Positions 44,341 through 54,789 of a stretch of 64,000 bases of DNA are shown one piece after another. Made by a program: the position numbers and the translations under genes. The stretch covers positions 1,600,001 through 1,664,000 of the forward strand of contig OZ244034.1 in assembly GCA_965215185.1 (NCBI GenBank), read 5' to 3'. The stretch's first letter is position 1. Every line of letters begins with the position of its first letter. The notes under the pieces are model-generated. The model made no database searches. It saw only the letters and a list, made by a program, of their open reading frames with translations, and had not been told where the DNA came from. The DNA comes from Acidimicrobiia bacterium (lineage in GTDB: Bacteria > Actinomycetota > Acidimicrobiia > Spongiisociales > ZC4RG35).

Positions 44341-44401
44341 GGGTAGTGGGTCACTTTGCCTCCCCGACCTGCGGCTTAACCCCTCAAACTGGCCCACTAC
44401 C
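44341..44401. repeat. 62-bp palindromic element, copy 3 (opposite orientation)
   Basis: GGGTAGTGGGTCACTTTG...CAAACTGGCCCACTACC; spacer reversed. Confidence 0.85.
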
Positions 44402-44521
44402 TGCCCTTGCGGGGAAAGTCGGCCTGCCACCCCGTTGGGTTCAGTAGAACATAGCGAATATCGTCTTCGGAGATCCGTTTGGTGGCAGACGGGAGCACCC
44501 GCTCTTCACCAGAAAATAGGA

Positions 44522-44890
44522 TCAGACCACTCCCACGGAGGTAGCTGATATGATGCTTTGCGCTAGTTCGTCGGGTAGACGGGAAATGACACGCCCTCTT
44601 TCCAGAGCACCCATCTGGGCCAAAAGTCTCGCGGAAACATGTGCGGGCAAATGAAGAATGTCGTCAATCTGATCTTCTAGGGAAAGTTTGAAGAACAGGC
44701 CATCCGCCAGAGAGGTTACCCACGCAATATCCTCGGGAGTGAGGGGGCGACTGTCTATGTTCTTGAAATCCTCGTTCGGATCTTCACAGCGAGCAATGAT
44801 CTCAGCGTCTTCGCGGAGGGCAGCGATCTCATCGTCTGTCATACTTGCCAGCATTTCGCCAGCCATTTCCCTCAGCATCTCGTCGCTCAT
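44522..44890 (-). CDS. Acidic hypothetical protein (possible antitoxin)
   Basis: TACGCT 7 nt upstream; followed by toxin-like remnant VLPSATKRISEDDIRYVL (about 44402-44500). Confidence 0.55.
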   Translation of the reverse strand: MSDEMLREMAGEMLASMTDDEIAALREDAEIIARCEDPNEDFKNIDSRPLTPEDIAWVTSLADGLFFKLSLEDQIDDILHLPAHVSARLLAQMGALERGRVISRLPDELAQSIISATSVGVV

Positions 44891-45188
44891 ACTTCACAGC
44901 GTAGCGGGCACCCAAGTGGGCGGGCCTCAATATAGCGAAGCATGGCCGGGCGGTGCTGGCCGTGGATTCACGGGAGTAGGGCAACCTTGTCGGGAGAATA
45001 ACCTTCGGACTCGCCCCGGGCCTTATACAAAAGAGGCTGGCTTGAGCGCAGCCTCAAACAGGCGCACCTTTCGCGAGACCCCTGCTAAGACCCAGGTCAG
45101 AGGTAGTGGACAACAAGCCCCAATGCGCCGAGAGGGTCTCACCAACACGCAACGCATGCTTGGAGACACTCTCGCTATTCTGTGAACT

Positions 45189-45623
45189 ATGAGAAGCGGA
45201 ATGGATGTGCTACCCATGTGGGAACCGGTTGTTCCGGTTCCGTTTGACAGCGAACAAGAAGCCAACGTGGCTGGTATTGCCGCTGCGGAACGGGTCGCTG
45301 AGAGTAGCGGTTTTAAGTGGGAGCGATATGGGTCCGCTTTTTGGCAGAGTCAACCTGACCCCATGCTGCCCTGCGACCTCCTGGTAGGGTCGGTGCCGCA
45401 TTCCGACGGCTGGTGGCCTGTCCTTTCCCTGTCAGCGGGAGTTCGAGGTGGGGGTAGGTATTGGCAATTCAGCACCCATCAGGGAAGCGACACTCATATT
45501 CCTTTAGAGGTAGCGCCCTCTGCCATGGTGGTCATGTTGGAGACGTATTTACTACTTGTCCGCTCCGAAGTGTGGCACCCCTCCGACGTTGAGCGACGCG
45601 AGGCTATGTTCGGAACCGGTTAG
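45189..45623 (+). CDS. Hypothetical protein
   Basis: 144-aa ORF upstream of HATPase gene. Confidence 0.4.
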   Translation: MRSGMDVLPMWEPVVPVPFDSEQEANVAGIAAAERVAESSGFKWERYGSAFWQSQPDPMLPCDLLVGSVPHSDGWWPVLSLSAGVRGGGRYWQFSTHQGSDTHIPLEVAPSAMVVMLETYLLLVRSEVWHPSDVERREAMFGTG

Positions 45624-45663
45624 CCCACATGACCACATTCCCTATGACTAAGCGGCTTTTGCC

Positions 45664-46176
45664 ATGATCGTTTGGGAGCATTATGTGATAAGAGGCCGTG
45701 CCCGTGGAGAGAACGATGCCAACCGGGTACGAGGCGAATTCTACCACTTCTTGAGGGAGGAATACGAGGGTCCTTTACCTCTGGGGGGACACACCCAATG
45801 GGAGGCGGGGGATATTCTGTGGGAACTGGCCGCCAATGCTGCGGAGTGGTCCAGGGAACCCTCCGCTGATGTTGCTTTGGAAGCATCGGAGGATTACGCG
45901 GCTATACATGTATCGGACCGGGGTGTAGGAGTCGAGCGGGCATTGGGGCGTCCTGTCGTGGAGGCTTTCCAACATGGAACTACCTCGTCTCGACGCAGCG
46001 GCAGAGGCAGGGGACTGAATTGTGTAACACAGATGACGATCAAGGGAGGTCGGTTTGTGTTGGAAAGCATAGATATTGCGGTTACTTGCATCAACGGGAA
46101 GGTAGCCTCCTCCGCTAAATCAGCCAGTCCCATCACGGGCACTCACACCACCTTCATTTTCTGTTCACCCACCTGA
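45664..46176 (+). CDS. HATPase_c (GHKL) domain protein
   Basis: ELAANAAE, SDRGVG, GTTS...GRGL. Confidence 0.75.
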   Translation: MIVWEHYVIRGRARGENDANRVRGEFYHFLREEYEGPLPLGGHTQWEAGDILWELAANAAEWSREPSADVALEASEDYAAIHVSDRGVGVERALGRPVVEAFQHGTTSSRRSGRGRGLNCVTQMTIKGGRFVLESIDIAVTCINGKVASSAKSASPITGTHTTFIFCSPT

Positions 46177-46201
46177 GTGGCTTGAAGATAACGATCTGGC
46201 C

Positions 46202-46714
46202 TTGTTTGGCAGCCTGTACGCCGGGGGATCAGTTGCCATCCTCCCGGAGGCGGATATGGCAAATCTTCCAGACAGCGACGCCATCAGGGAAAACTTGCAG
46301 CGACTACATCGCCAACTCGAAAGCGGTGATGCCGCGGCTATGATCGGAGTCGCTAAAGATCTTCTCGAATCCACCGCGAAGGTGGTGCTGAAAGCTGAAG
46401 GTGAAGCCGTAGGGCGCGATGCAAACCTGCCTTCCCTGATAGCACGAACCCACGAGACATTGGATATCCATACCAAGAACGCAACACATCACGATCCTGA
46501 CATCCAGTTAGCAGTCAAGAAAATAAGGGGTGGCCTCCAGCGCATAGCCTTGGGAGTCACTGACCTTAGGAACGCGGTTGGGACAGGCCACGGGCGGCTA
46601 ATGCCCAGCCCTTCTGGTCTAGTCGATGACGGACGACTAGCTGCTGAAGCGGCAGCGGCCTGGATCCGATCAATTCTTGCCGCCTACCCCAAACACACAA
46701 ACAAGACCATATAG
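46202..46714 (+). CDS. Abortive infection family (Abi_C) domain protein, probably N-truncated
   Basis: IGVAKDLLESTAK; LRNAVGTGHGR. Confidence 0.8.
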   Translation: MFGSLYAGGSVAILPEADMANLPDSDAIRENLQRLHRQLESGDAAAMIGVAKDLLESTAKVVLKAEGEAVGRDANLPSLIARTHETLDIHTKNATHHDPDIQLAVKKIRGGLQRIALGVTDLRNAVGTGHGRLMPSPSGLVDDGRLAAEAAAAWIRSILAAYPKHTNKTI

Positions 46715-46740
46715 ACCGGTCGGAAAGACGGACGGTGTCT

Positions 46741-47147
46741 GGGCTTTCGGTCTCGCCGCACACACCATCGGCGTGCTGGCACTAGCCATCGCCCACAACG
46801 TCAAAGAAACCATCGAGATCGAAGAAACCCAGACCGACAAACCTGTTCCTCCGGCCAGCCCCAAGCACTTCGAACCGACCCGCCGCAACATCCTCGCCGA
46901 CAGCCTCGCAGCACGGGCACCCCTAAGCCTCCCAACGCACCCAGAACCTCCCACAGCAGCCCGATAGGCAACCTCAAACCCCCAAGAACGGGCAAGAACA
47001 GGAAAAAACGGCCTAACTGGCCCACCTATTTGGGATAAATGGACCAGAGACCCGGGTGGCCTGTGGGACACTACCCCTGACCTGCGGCTCAGCAGAGGGT
47101 TCCGATGGCCGTACTTCCACATTTGAAAGGGGTGGTGCTCCACATTT
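46741..47147 (+). mobile_element. Array repeat + divergent right end
   Basis: FGLAAHTIGVL...GCTCCACATTT. Confidence 0.85.
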
Positions 47148-47190
47148 GTGAACACCCCACGGATGAGGGCTGGAAGCCATTTCGAGGTTA

Positions 47191-48460
47191 GTGAGCTCCT
47201 ATGTCAAAATCGGGGTTGGTTTTGGTGGTTGGAGGTGGGTCCAGATGCGGTCTGAGATTCGGCGTTTGAGGACGCGTATGGCGTCTCTGTGGGTCTTTCC
47301 TCGGGTGATGAGTTTCTGGTAGTAGCGGCGGCCTTCGCTGTCTGCGCGGGCGATCTGGGTCAAAGCGGCGGTGTGGATGGCCCGGTTTAGTTGGCGGTTC
47401 CCACCCCGGTTGAGTCGATGGCGTACTACTCGTCCGCTGCTGGCTTCGATGGGTGCGGTGCCGTTGGCCATGGCGAACTTGTCTTTGGTCGCATAGCGGT
47501 GTGGGTTGCCCACCTCCGAAAGGATGGTGGCAGCGACCAGTACACCCACCCCGTGAATGTCTAGTAGACGGGTTTCGGATTGGTCGACCAGTGTTTTGAT
47601 CTCGGCGGTGAGTTGTTTGATCTCGGTGTCCAGTTGTCGCAGTCTTCGGATGCGTTGTTTGGCTACCCGCCCGTGGGGGGTGGTGTCCCGCCAACACAGT
47701 TTCATGGCCTGGTCGAGGGCTTTTCGGGTGGTGAGCCGGGGAATGTTCTGGTGGTAGCCTGGTCGGAGTTTCCCCAGGTCGGCGTGGAGCCGGTTGGCCT
47801 GGGCGGTGCGGTCTTCTACCAGTTCACGGCGGTATGAGACCAGCACACGGAGGTCTTCGGTGTCCTCCCAAAACGTCGGCGGGGCGAGCGTGTTGTCTCG
47901 GAGAGCGACCCTGGCGATCACCCAAGCGTCGACCTGGTCGGTTTTGGTCTGGGTACGGCCCCGGCGCCGGACCTGGGCGGTCAGCTGCGGTGGAACCTCC
48001 CGGATGTCCAGACCAGCGGCCATAGCGGCGACCGCGGCTGGGCGGCCGAACGTGCCGGACCCCTCGACCGCTACCCTGGCGGCGTTGGTGGTGTGAGCCC
48101 AATCTATGAGTTGACGGTGACCAGTAGGGGTGTTAGCGATGGTCCGGTACTCCAGGGCGGTGCCCAGGTGGTCTACCAAACAGGCAGAAAGGGTATCCTT
48201 GTGCGAGTCGATCCCGATAACGAACATGGTTCAATCCTCCAATTTCGGGGGTTTGCGGGAGCGGCAGAAGGCTCGGCGAAGCGCATCCATGCGTCGAAAC
48301 AACACCCCCACAGGGGGCAGATACAAGTCACGCTCCTATCAAGCGACAACACCGAGCGGGCAACCGGTGGGGAGACACTCACTAACTAAGCCACCACAAT
48401 GGGGCAGGGTCGTTTGGAGTCATCCCCACCGGCACTGCCACACCCCAACATATAACACGC
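47191..48460 (-). mobile_element. IS110-family element with upstream non-coding region
   Basis: Intact recombinase; TTGACATAGGAGCTCAC end; about 230 bp 5' non-coding region; upstream limit approximate. Confidence 0.8.
47199..48227 (-). CDS. IS110-family recombinase/transposase
   Basis: GIDSHKD, VEG, KTDQVDA, SSG, GGNRQLN. Confidence 0.95.
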   Translation of the reverse strand: MFVIGIDSHKDTLSACLVDHLGTALEYRTIANTPTGHRQLIDWAHTTNAARVAVEGSGTFGRPAAVAAMAAGLDIREVPPQLTAQVRRRGRTQTKTDQVDAWVIARVALRDNTLAPPTFWEDTEDLRVLVSYRRELVEDRTAQANRLHADLGKLRPGYHQNIPRLTTRKALDQAMKLCWRDTTPHGRVAKQRIRRLRQLDTEIKQLTAEIKTLVDQSETRLLDIHGVGVLVAATILSEVGNPHRYATKDKFAMANGTAPIEASSGRVVRHRLNRGGNRQLNRAIHTAALTQIARADSEGRRYYQKLITRGKTHRDAIRVLKRRISDRIWTHLQPPKPTPILT

Positions 48461-48609
48461 ATGGGTCATTTTGAGGGGTGCCACCACAGAGGTCATAGCC
48501 AAACAGACCTACTACCCCTGACGCTACCACCCAGACCGTTTAGTTGACGGCGCCGCTGGTCTGATGGCGCCTGCGAGTGCGATCCCAGACACGGTAAGAT
48601 GGAATGCGT

Positions 48610-48933
48610 ATGGTGAGCGATCTTCCCTACGAGGCACTCCTTGCTCAGATAGCCAGAGTTGTGAACTCTCGCGCTAAGGGTGCGGTCAAGGTCTTGCTTT
48701 TTGGCTCCATTGCCCGTCGGGATGCTCAAGAGTCGAGCGATGTTGACTTGTTGCTTGTTTGGCCAGCCAGCATCGATGAGGACGAACAGTGGGAAGCGTC
48801 ACGGGAGATAGCGCACGGCATCAATCAGGCTACTCAAAGAGTGTGCCTTCCTTTGATCTACACAGAAGACGAATACTGCGACATGCCGCGCAGTTCTCCC
48901 CGTTTAGCGGAAGCTCTCTCGAGACGCTATTGA
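48610..48933 (+). CDS. MNT antitoxin
   Basis: LFGSIARRDAQESSDVDLLLVW. Confidence 0.8.
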   Translation: MVSDLPYEALLAQIARVVNSRAKGAVKVLLFGSIARRDAQESSDVDLLLVWPASIDEDEQWEASREIAHGINQATQRVCLPLIYTEDEYCDMPRSSPRLAEALSRRY

Positions 48934-48951
48934 CCTCATGGAACATGCGAG

Positions 48952-49187
48952 ATGAAGGCAACCCCAACAAGGCAATGCGACAAAGCATTCGCTAACGCCC
49001 GATATGACAAAGCGGTGTCCTTTGCTTTTCAGGCTACCTTATATCCCTACTCCGAAGACGGGGGCACACGTTCCGTGGCGGTGAGCAACGCCGCCAATGC
49101 TGCCATAGCCGCCGCCGACGTTATCTGTTGCAATGAACTAGGAGAGCGATCTTCCAGTTCGGACCACGCAGATGGCATATATCTATT
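48952..49187 (+). pseudogene. HEPN-like partner truncated by palindromic element
   Basis: AIAAADVICC..LGERSSSSDH; paralog of 58216. Confidence 0.7.
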
Positions 49188-49248
49188 GGGTAGTGGTTCA
49201 CTTTGAGGGGTAAAGCCGCAGGTCAGAGAGTCAAACTGAGCCACTACC
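49188..49248. repeat. 62-bp palindromic element, copy 4
   Basis: GGGTAGTGGTTCACTTTG...CAAACTGAGCCACTACC. Confidence 0.85.
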
Positions 49249-49291
49249 ATATCTTGGAACCCACCTCTGTGAGGATGGCACCCTAGTGGCT

Positions 49292-49702
49292 CTATCTAGT
49301 CGGCAGGTCAACACTGCCCTCCGAAAGCCTCTCCGAAATCTCCGGGTCGTCAACCACCGCCACCGAAAACTCGGATTCCGTGTACACCCAGGGGACACAG
49401 GGCCGCCCTATGACTTCTCCCACTCTCCGAGCCGTTTCCATTCCGACCATCCACAGATCGTTTTCGTCGCCGCTGTCGTCGGGCCAGACAAGCAACAGCC
49501 CCACCTCGGTCTCCTTGCGAGAATGCTTCCGGCGGGCCAAGGAACCGAACATCGCCGCTCTGGAAACTCCCTCCGCCACCACCGCTACTACCTCGGCCAC
49601 CTCCGCGAATAAAGCGTCATAGTCCACAACTGGCCGTCCGGCGCCGATCCCCAGATTGTCGAGCACATCATCAAGCACCCGAGGGAGGCCTCTCAGTCCC
49701 AT
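49292..49702 (-). CDS. Degenerate MNT-like protein
   Basis: MFGSLARR...EVGLLLVWP (acidic motif altered). Confidence 0.6.
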   Translation of the reverse strand: MGLRGLPRVLDDVLDNLGIGAGRPVVDYDALFAEVAEVVAVVAEGVSRAAMFGSLARRKHSRKETEVGLLLVWPDDSGDENDLWMVGMETARRVGEVIGRPCVPWVYTESEFSVAVVDDPEISERLSEGSVDLPTR

Positions 49703-49723
49703 ATCGGTTTTTCGTTGCTCCGC

Positions 49724-50113
49724 TCACCGGACGCTTATCAATTCCCAGTCAACCCGCCCACCAGCGAACTTCGCTAGGTTTGCTGCTTCGTCCCAGGTGA
49801 CATCGGTGCCGTCGGTTGCTTGTACAAGACGATCCATCATCAGGTCGTTGAGCGAGATGACCCGCAAGGGATACCCGTTCACAAACACGATATCCGGCGT
49901 GTCCACTCCGTACGACTCTTCGGAGGGCACCTCCACAAGCACCCCGCTCTCATGCTCCCATCCGTAGTACCAGTGGCGGCCTTTCTTCTCGAACCCGGCG
50001 GCCGCCAGAGATTCCATGTCCCGAGAGGTGACCCGGCCCACCATATCTATGTCGGTGGGTCGGGCCTGTTGCGTATAGAACACCTGGGCGCCGCCGCGGC
50101 GTACAGTACCCAC
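49724..50113 (-). pseudogene. DUF6036-like nucleotidyltransferase fragment
   Basis: GGA..FYT...PTDIDMV; DLMMDRL. Confidence 0.6.
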
Positions 50114-50184
50114 TCGGGACTACCAGGTTTTAATCGGAATATCCCCTCCAATAAACCAGCCGTGTCAGCGTTCACCTACGCCCG

Positions 50185-50409
50185 TCAGAGAGGTGTTTTG
50201 GGTCGGAGACCGCAGGCTTGTTCCTCGGCAGTGGTATCTATCCCCCGGAAACGTTTCCACGCCAATCGCTTTTCGATGTTACGAACCGGCGACCCACCGG
50301 CAGCGATCCCACGTTTGTAGTTTTCCCGGCCCCGAGCCAGCGCCTCTTCCATCGTCAGGATCGTCGGAGGAGGCGAAGCGCAAGGATCGATGGTGGGCTG
50401 CTCGGGCAT
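50185..50409 (-). CDS. Small hypothetical protein, duplicated at 58835
   Basis: TATACT 7 nt upstream; near-identical copy. Confidence 0.5.
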   Translation of the reverse strand: MPEQPTIDPCASPPPTILTMEEALARGRENYKRGIAAGGSPVRNIEKRLAWKRFRGIDTTAEEQACGLRPKTPL

Positions 50410-50597
50410 GACCCTCAGTATACCACTGGAGGGTCCGAGCGACCGACGACAGTTTGTCGTTCCTTTCTGGATAGACGGTTGTTTTGCACGGTTGTCTGTG
50501 CGTGATGGGGCCGGCGCGTTACTTGAGAACGCTTGTTCGTGACGCTGCCCTCAGCGGGCCAATGGACGACACCCAACCACAGATGTGTGGCTTTCGC

Positions 50598-50869
50598 CAG
50601 CGTCCCAGTTGACCTGCTCGATACCTACCAGGACATTCCCTTCGGCACCCCGCCTGGAAACGGAGCTACGGCCGCCGCAACCCCGTCGAGAAAACCTTTT
50701 CCATGATCAAGGACAAAGGCGGCCTGAAAGCCGGATGGTGCCGCTCCTTCGGTCTCGCCGCTCACACCATCGGCGCGTTGGCACTGGCCATCGCCCACAA
50801 CCTCAAACAAACCCTCACGGTCGAAAGTACCCAAACCGAAAAACCCGCCCCACCGGCCAGGCCCAAGAG
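50598..50869 (+). mobile_element. Array repeat, internal fragment
   Basis: YGRRNPVEKTFSMIKDKGG. Confidence 0.85.
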
Positions 50870-51384
50870 CCGCCACGGCATGGTGGTGATCGCGGCGGAT
50901 CCCGCCTACACCAGTATCTGGGGAGCCAGATACTGGAAGAAGCCCCCTAGACATATCTCGCCGACAACGACTGGCGCGAAGCCCCCACATTCTGTGGGTG
51001 TTACGACCGCCCGAGCGGAACCCTGATTAGTGAGTCGCACAGGCGTTCAAGATCGTTCGGAACGCCGGGATAATAATAATCCTCTATCCAAAAAGGAACG
51101 GTTCCCTGAATGCACATCGAGTGATTTAAGACATGAAGAACCCAAAGACCAGCGTTTTGTCGATGTGCATGCCTAGAAGAATGGATTTATGTGGGAATGA
51201 AATCCGACACCCACAGCAGATACCCAAAAGCACCTTCGTAGTCGCCGCGTTTCAACAGATCTATCATGCGTTCGCCTTTTAGCGCCCGCTCGTTGGGTTT
51301 CCACATTAACCTCAACGCCGAGTCTTGGTAGTATCCCTCGTTCACGCGAGACATGATGTCTCGGAGTTGCTACAATAAGCACTA

Positions 51385-51798
51385 ATGGCTTCGAAACGAC
51401 GCAACGGCACTCTGACCCAGGAAGGCGTGGGGGCCGAACGCCCCGTGGCTGGTCGTTGGTTGGCTGTCGGTCCTACAGTGACCAACAAGCCATCACATGG
51501 CGTCCAAGAGGATGCCGAGGCATATTCGCGGGTTTATCCCTCCGATTTCGACTATTACAGAGATGTTGTAGCCAACAACGCACCCAGTGGGCTGCTGGGG
51601 ATCCCTCATCGCCAAAGCGGCGAACTGATAATGGTTGATCTGTTTGACATTTCCGCTGAGGACCTTGTGGAAAAATGCGGAATCCCCGATAACCAGCAAG
51701 AGGTCGCTCTTGACTGTTACCGGACTTACCTGTTGGGAAGAATCCCATACTGGGACGAGAACGCTGTCCCCGATCACATTCCCCTCTTGGACGAATAG
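51385..51798 (+). CDS. Acidic putative antitoxin (unnamed family)
   Basis: TACAAT 8 nt upstream; YPSDFDYY...KCGIP...IPLLDE. Confidence 0.7.
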   Translation: MASKRRNGTLTQEGVGAERPVAGRWLAVGPTVTNKPSHGVQEDAEAYSRVYPSDFDYYRDVVANNAPSGLLGIPHRQSGELIMVDLFDISAEDLVEKCGIPDNQQEVALDCYRTYLLGRIPYWDENAVPDHIPLLDE

Positions 51799-51840
51799 AC
51801 CCGAACTCTCAACACTGCCAGATGGGGCCGTGACAAGATC

Positions 51841-52233
51841 GTGCCCTGCTATGACGATCCTCGGCACCTAGCTCACTATCAGTGCCTTTTCTGGCCTCAC
51901 CCAGAAACTGTCCGGTTGGACATTTTGCCGACTGCGGCTCGGCGGGGAATCACAGAGGAAGAAATCAAGTGGGTTATGAAGCACGAACCGCGAGACACGA
52001 TAGCTTTCAATGGCAACGATCCCGATCCAGATGCTGACAAGCTCCATCAAACATTCGCAACATACGCCATGGTTCTGCAAGACGATAACTACATGATCGA
52101 GATCGTTTTGCGACAGGACTTGAGCGAGAAGTGGAAGGAACGGTGCCGAAGAGAGAGGCGAGCCCTCCCACAGTGCATCGTGTTCCACGCCATGAGAAAA
52201 CCTCGCATGGGCCGACGGAGACGCAGGAGATAA
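51841..52233 (+). CDS. Putative toxin, 'LFWP' family (RelE/BrnT-like)
   Basis: AARRGITEEEI, IEIV, VFHAM; basic tail. Confidence 0.7.
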   Translation: MPCYDDPRHLAHYQCLFWPHPETVRLDILPTAARRGITEEEIKWVMKHEPRDTIAFNGNDPDPDADKLHQTFATYAMVLQDDNYMIEIVLRQDLSEKWKERCRRERRALPQCIVFHAMRKPRMGRRRRRR

Positions 52234-52388
52234 TCGGGTTCGTCGGAATGAACGAGGGAGTTAGGAACCCGTCGAAATTCGAGGGAGTTCTCCACAAGTA
52301 GCGGTTCTGACGGAAGGTACATCCGCAGTTACGACATCGACGCCCGACCGGGTTATAGGAGCGCTACCAACAAAGAACCGGCCTCACT

Positions 52389-53556
52389 GTTCCTCGGTTT
52401 CGACGCTCACATCGCCGTGGCCGTCGCCGAGGCCGTGTGGTCGGGCAACCCCAACCAGGTCGCCATCAAACCGGCCCCACCGGGATACATCCTCGCTCTC
52501 CATGTCGCTGCGGGAGCAACCAATCCCGGACCCATCGGACTGGAACTCGCCCTCCAATCTCTCGAGATCGCACCAAACATCGGCGACGTTGTCGTAGATC
52601 GTGCCTACAGCAACAAACGACAGTCGTTCGTCAGGCCCCTCCACCAAATGGGAAAAAACGTGACCATGGACTACACGATTACCGAGATCAACAACCCCAA
52701 GTTCATCAAGGTCGGAACAAACGGCCAACGACTCCTCAACTCGACAGGAACCCTCCTGCCGCCGGGACTGCCCGAATACATGCAGATCCCGTCCGAAGAT
52801 GCAAAACCCGAAGACCTGACCGAGTGGTACGTCAACCGTGCCCTGTGGCGGTGGACACGAAACCGGAAACTCGACAACGGCGGCGGACAGTACTCGTGTT
52901 CACAATGCGCCGGGAGGGTCACCACCAAGGCCCCAACCCGCAACGCCAGCGTCGTGCCAGCTGAAACCGCTCCGTTCCTGCCCATCGAAGACACACAATG
53001 CTGTCATGGCAAGGTCAGCATCCCAGCCGACCTGCTCGATGCCTACCAGGACATTCCCTTCGGCACCCCCGCCTGGAAACGGAGCTACGGCCGCCGTAAC
53101 CCCAGCGAGAAAACCTTCTCCATGATCAAGGACAAAGGCGGCCTCAAAGCCGGATGGTGCCGCTCCTTCGGTCTCGCCGCCCACACCATCGGCGCCCTGG
53201 CACTAGCCACCGCTCACAACCTCAAACAAACCCTCACGGTCGAAAGAACCCAAACCGACAAACCCGCCCCTCCGGCCAGGCCCAAGAGTCACCAGCCGAC
53301 CCGCAGGAACATCCTCGCCGACAGCCTCACCCCACGGGCCGCCGCCCGGCTAGGCACACAGCCCGACCCGGCGCCGACAGGCACAAGAAATGCCCGAAAA
53401 CAGGCAAAAAAGGAAGAAAAACGGCCTAACTGGCCCACTTATTTGAGATAAATGGACCAGAGACCGTGGTGGGGTGTGGGTCACCACCCCTGACCTGGGA
53501 CTCCGCAGGGGCTCCCACATAGGACTCCACATTAAAACCGGGAAGGCTCCACATTT
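52389..53556 (+). mobile_element. Longest array repeat: IS4-clan DDE transposase C-terminal part + right end
   Basis: FLGFDAH, VDRAYS, CSQC, CC, YGRRNPSEKTFSMIK, AHNL; N-terminus absent. Confidence 0.9.
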
Positions 53557-54115
53557 GGGTTCGGCCTAGTGGTGTGCCTGTCGATGATCGGGTAGATTCC
53601 CGCCGCTGGCGTTGTCCTTGCTTGTGACCACCCCGCTATTAGCCGACAGCACACTAGCGGGATGATCTATTTGCCTTCCAAAAAAGAAGTATCCACATAA
53701 CTACCGCAGTTGATATCAAGAACTCGTTCTGCGTAATCCCGGCTGCGACAGTGGAAGCGGCCACCCCTAGCAGAGCCAGTGCTCTATGAAGGCTACGGGC
53801 CGGTACCCGGAAAAGGCTTACCCTTGCAAGCACCATCGTGTATTTGTTGTCGAGTCACAGAGAAACGATGAAGTGGGTGTTTCGCCGTATCAAGCGGCGG
53901 CAGGGTGGGTGGTCACCAGGGTTGCTGCTGCTGTCCGTGTTGGGGCAGATAGCTTCGGCCGTGTTCGACTGGTCGTTGGAGTCCGTAGAAGCGGTTGCGC
54001 CAGTGGTAGTGGCAGGCGTAGGTCCGATCATTTTCGTGCTGGTTCTGTCCCGTTCGGACCGTGCCCGGTACCAGAGGGTGGGGCCGTTCACGACAGGTGT
54101 CTTAGCGGGTGCACT

Positions 54116-54183
54116 ACGCTGCGGCGGGTTGTTTCGCGGGTGCGGCGAACGCTGCGGCGGGTTGTTTCGCGGGTGCGGCGAAC
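54116..54183. repeat. 33-bp tandem duplication in a decayed membrane-protein region
   Basis: ACGCTGCGGCGGGTTGTTTCGCGGGTGCGGCGA x2. Confidence 0.8.
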
Positions 54184-54502
54184 CTGTTCCTAGCCAGTAT
54201 GCACGACGTGGCCTTGCCGGGATGGGCCGTGGCAGCGTCGGTTGGTTACGGACTGGTCGTGTGGGCGCCGTCCGCGGTGATAGCTAGGCGAGCAAACTTG
54301 GTCACAGATGACCTGGCAGTGAACGGGCTGGGTTACGCCGCTGCGGCTCTGGCGTTGGTGTGGCTGGGCTCCCTGGCGGGGAAGCCAGTCAACGTCGGAA
54401 GCGAGAGCGACGAGCGCATCCAAGGGCGTTCGGGAGTTCCTGGTGACACGGAACCTCACCTCCGGAGATTCGTCACCTACCATCGCGCGTAGCGTTTCGA
54501 GA

Positions 54503-54689
54503 GCACGGGCGCCGCCCGCATAGGCGGACTTCGCCCGAAAGCGCCGACAGGCACAAGAAAAGCCCGAAAATTGACGAAACAGGGCCAAACGGACCTAACT
54601 GGCCTACATAAACAGCCATGACTGTACCTGAGACCTGTGGCCTCTTGGACACCACCCGTGACCTGCGGGTCTGTAGGGGATCCACATTT
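54503..54689 (+). mobile_element. Degenerate array repeat + right end
   Basis: GCACGGGCGCCGCCCGCATAGGC...TCCACATTT. Confidence 0.8.
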
Positions 54690-54789
54690 GCTGGCCGGTG
54701 CTCTGATGCAGAGGCTCCATGGTGCGGGTGGAGGCCATTGCCTGCATTAGACCCCCCCCCCACCCTCGGAAAAGCCTTATAATGAGGCT

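Noticed and set aside
54390-54500. HEAT/LRV-repeat gene
   Set aside because: Only about 35 codons remain between unrelated fragments.
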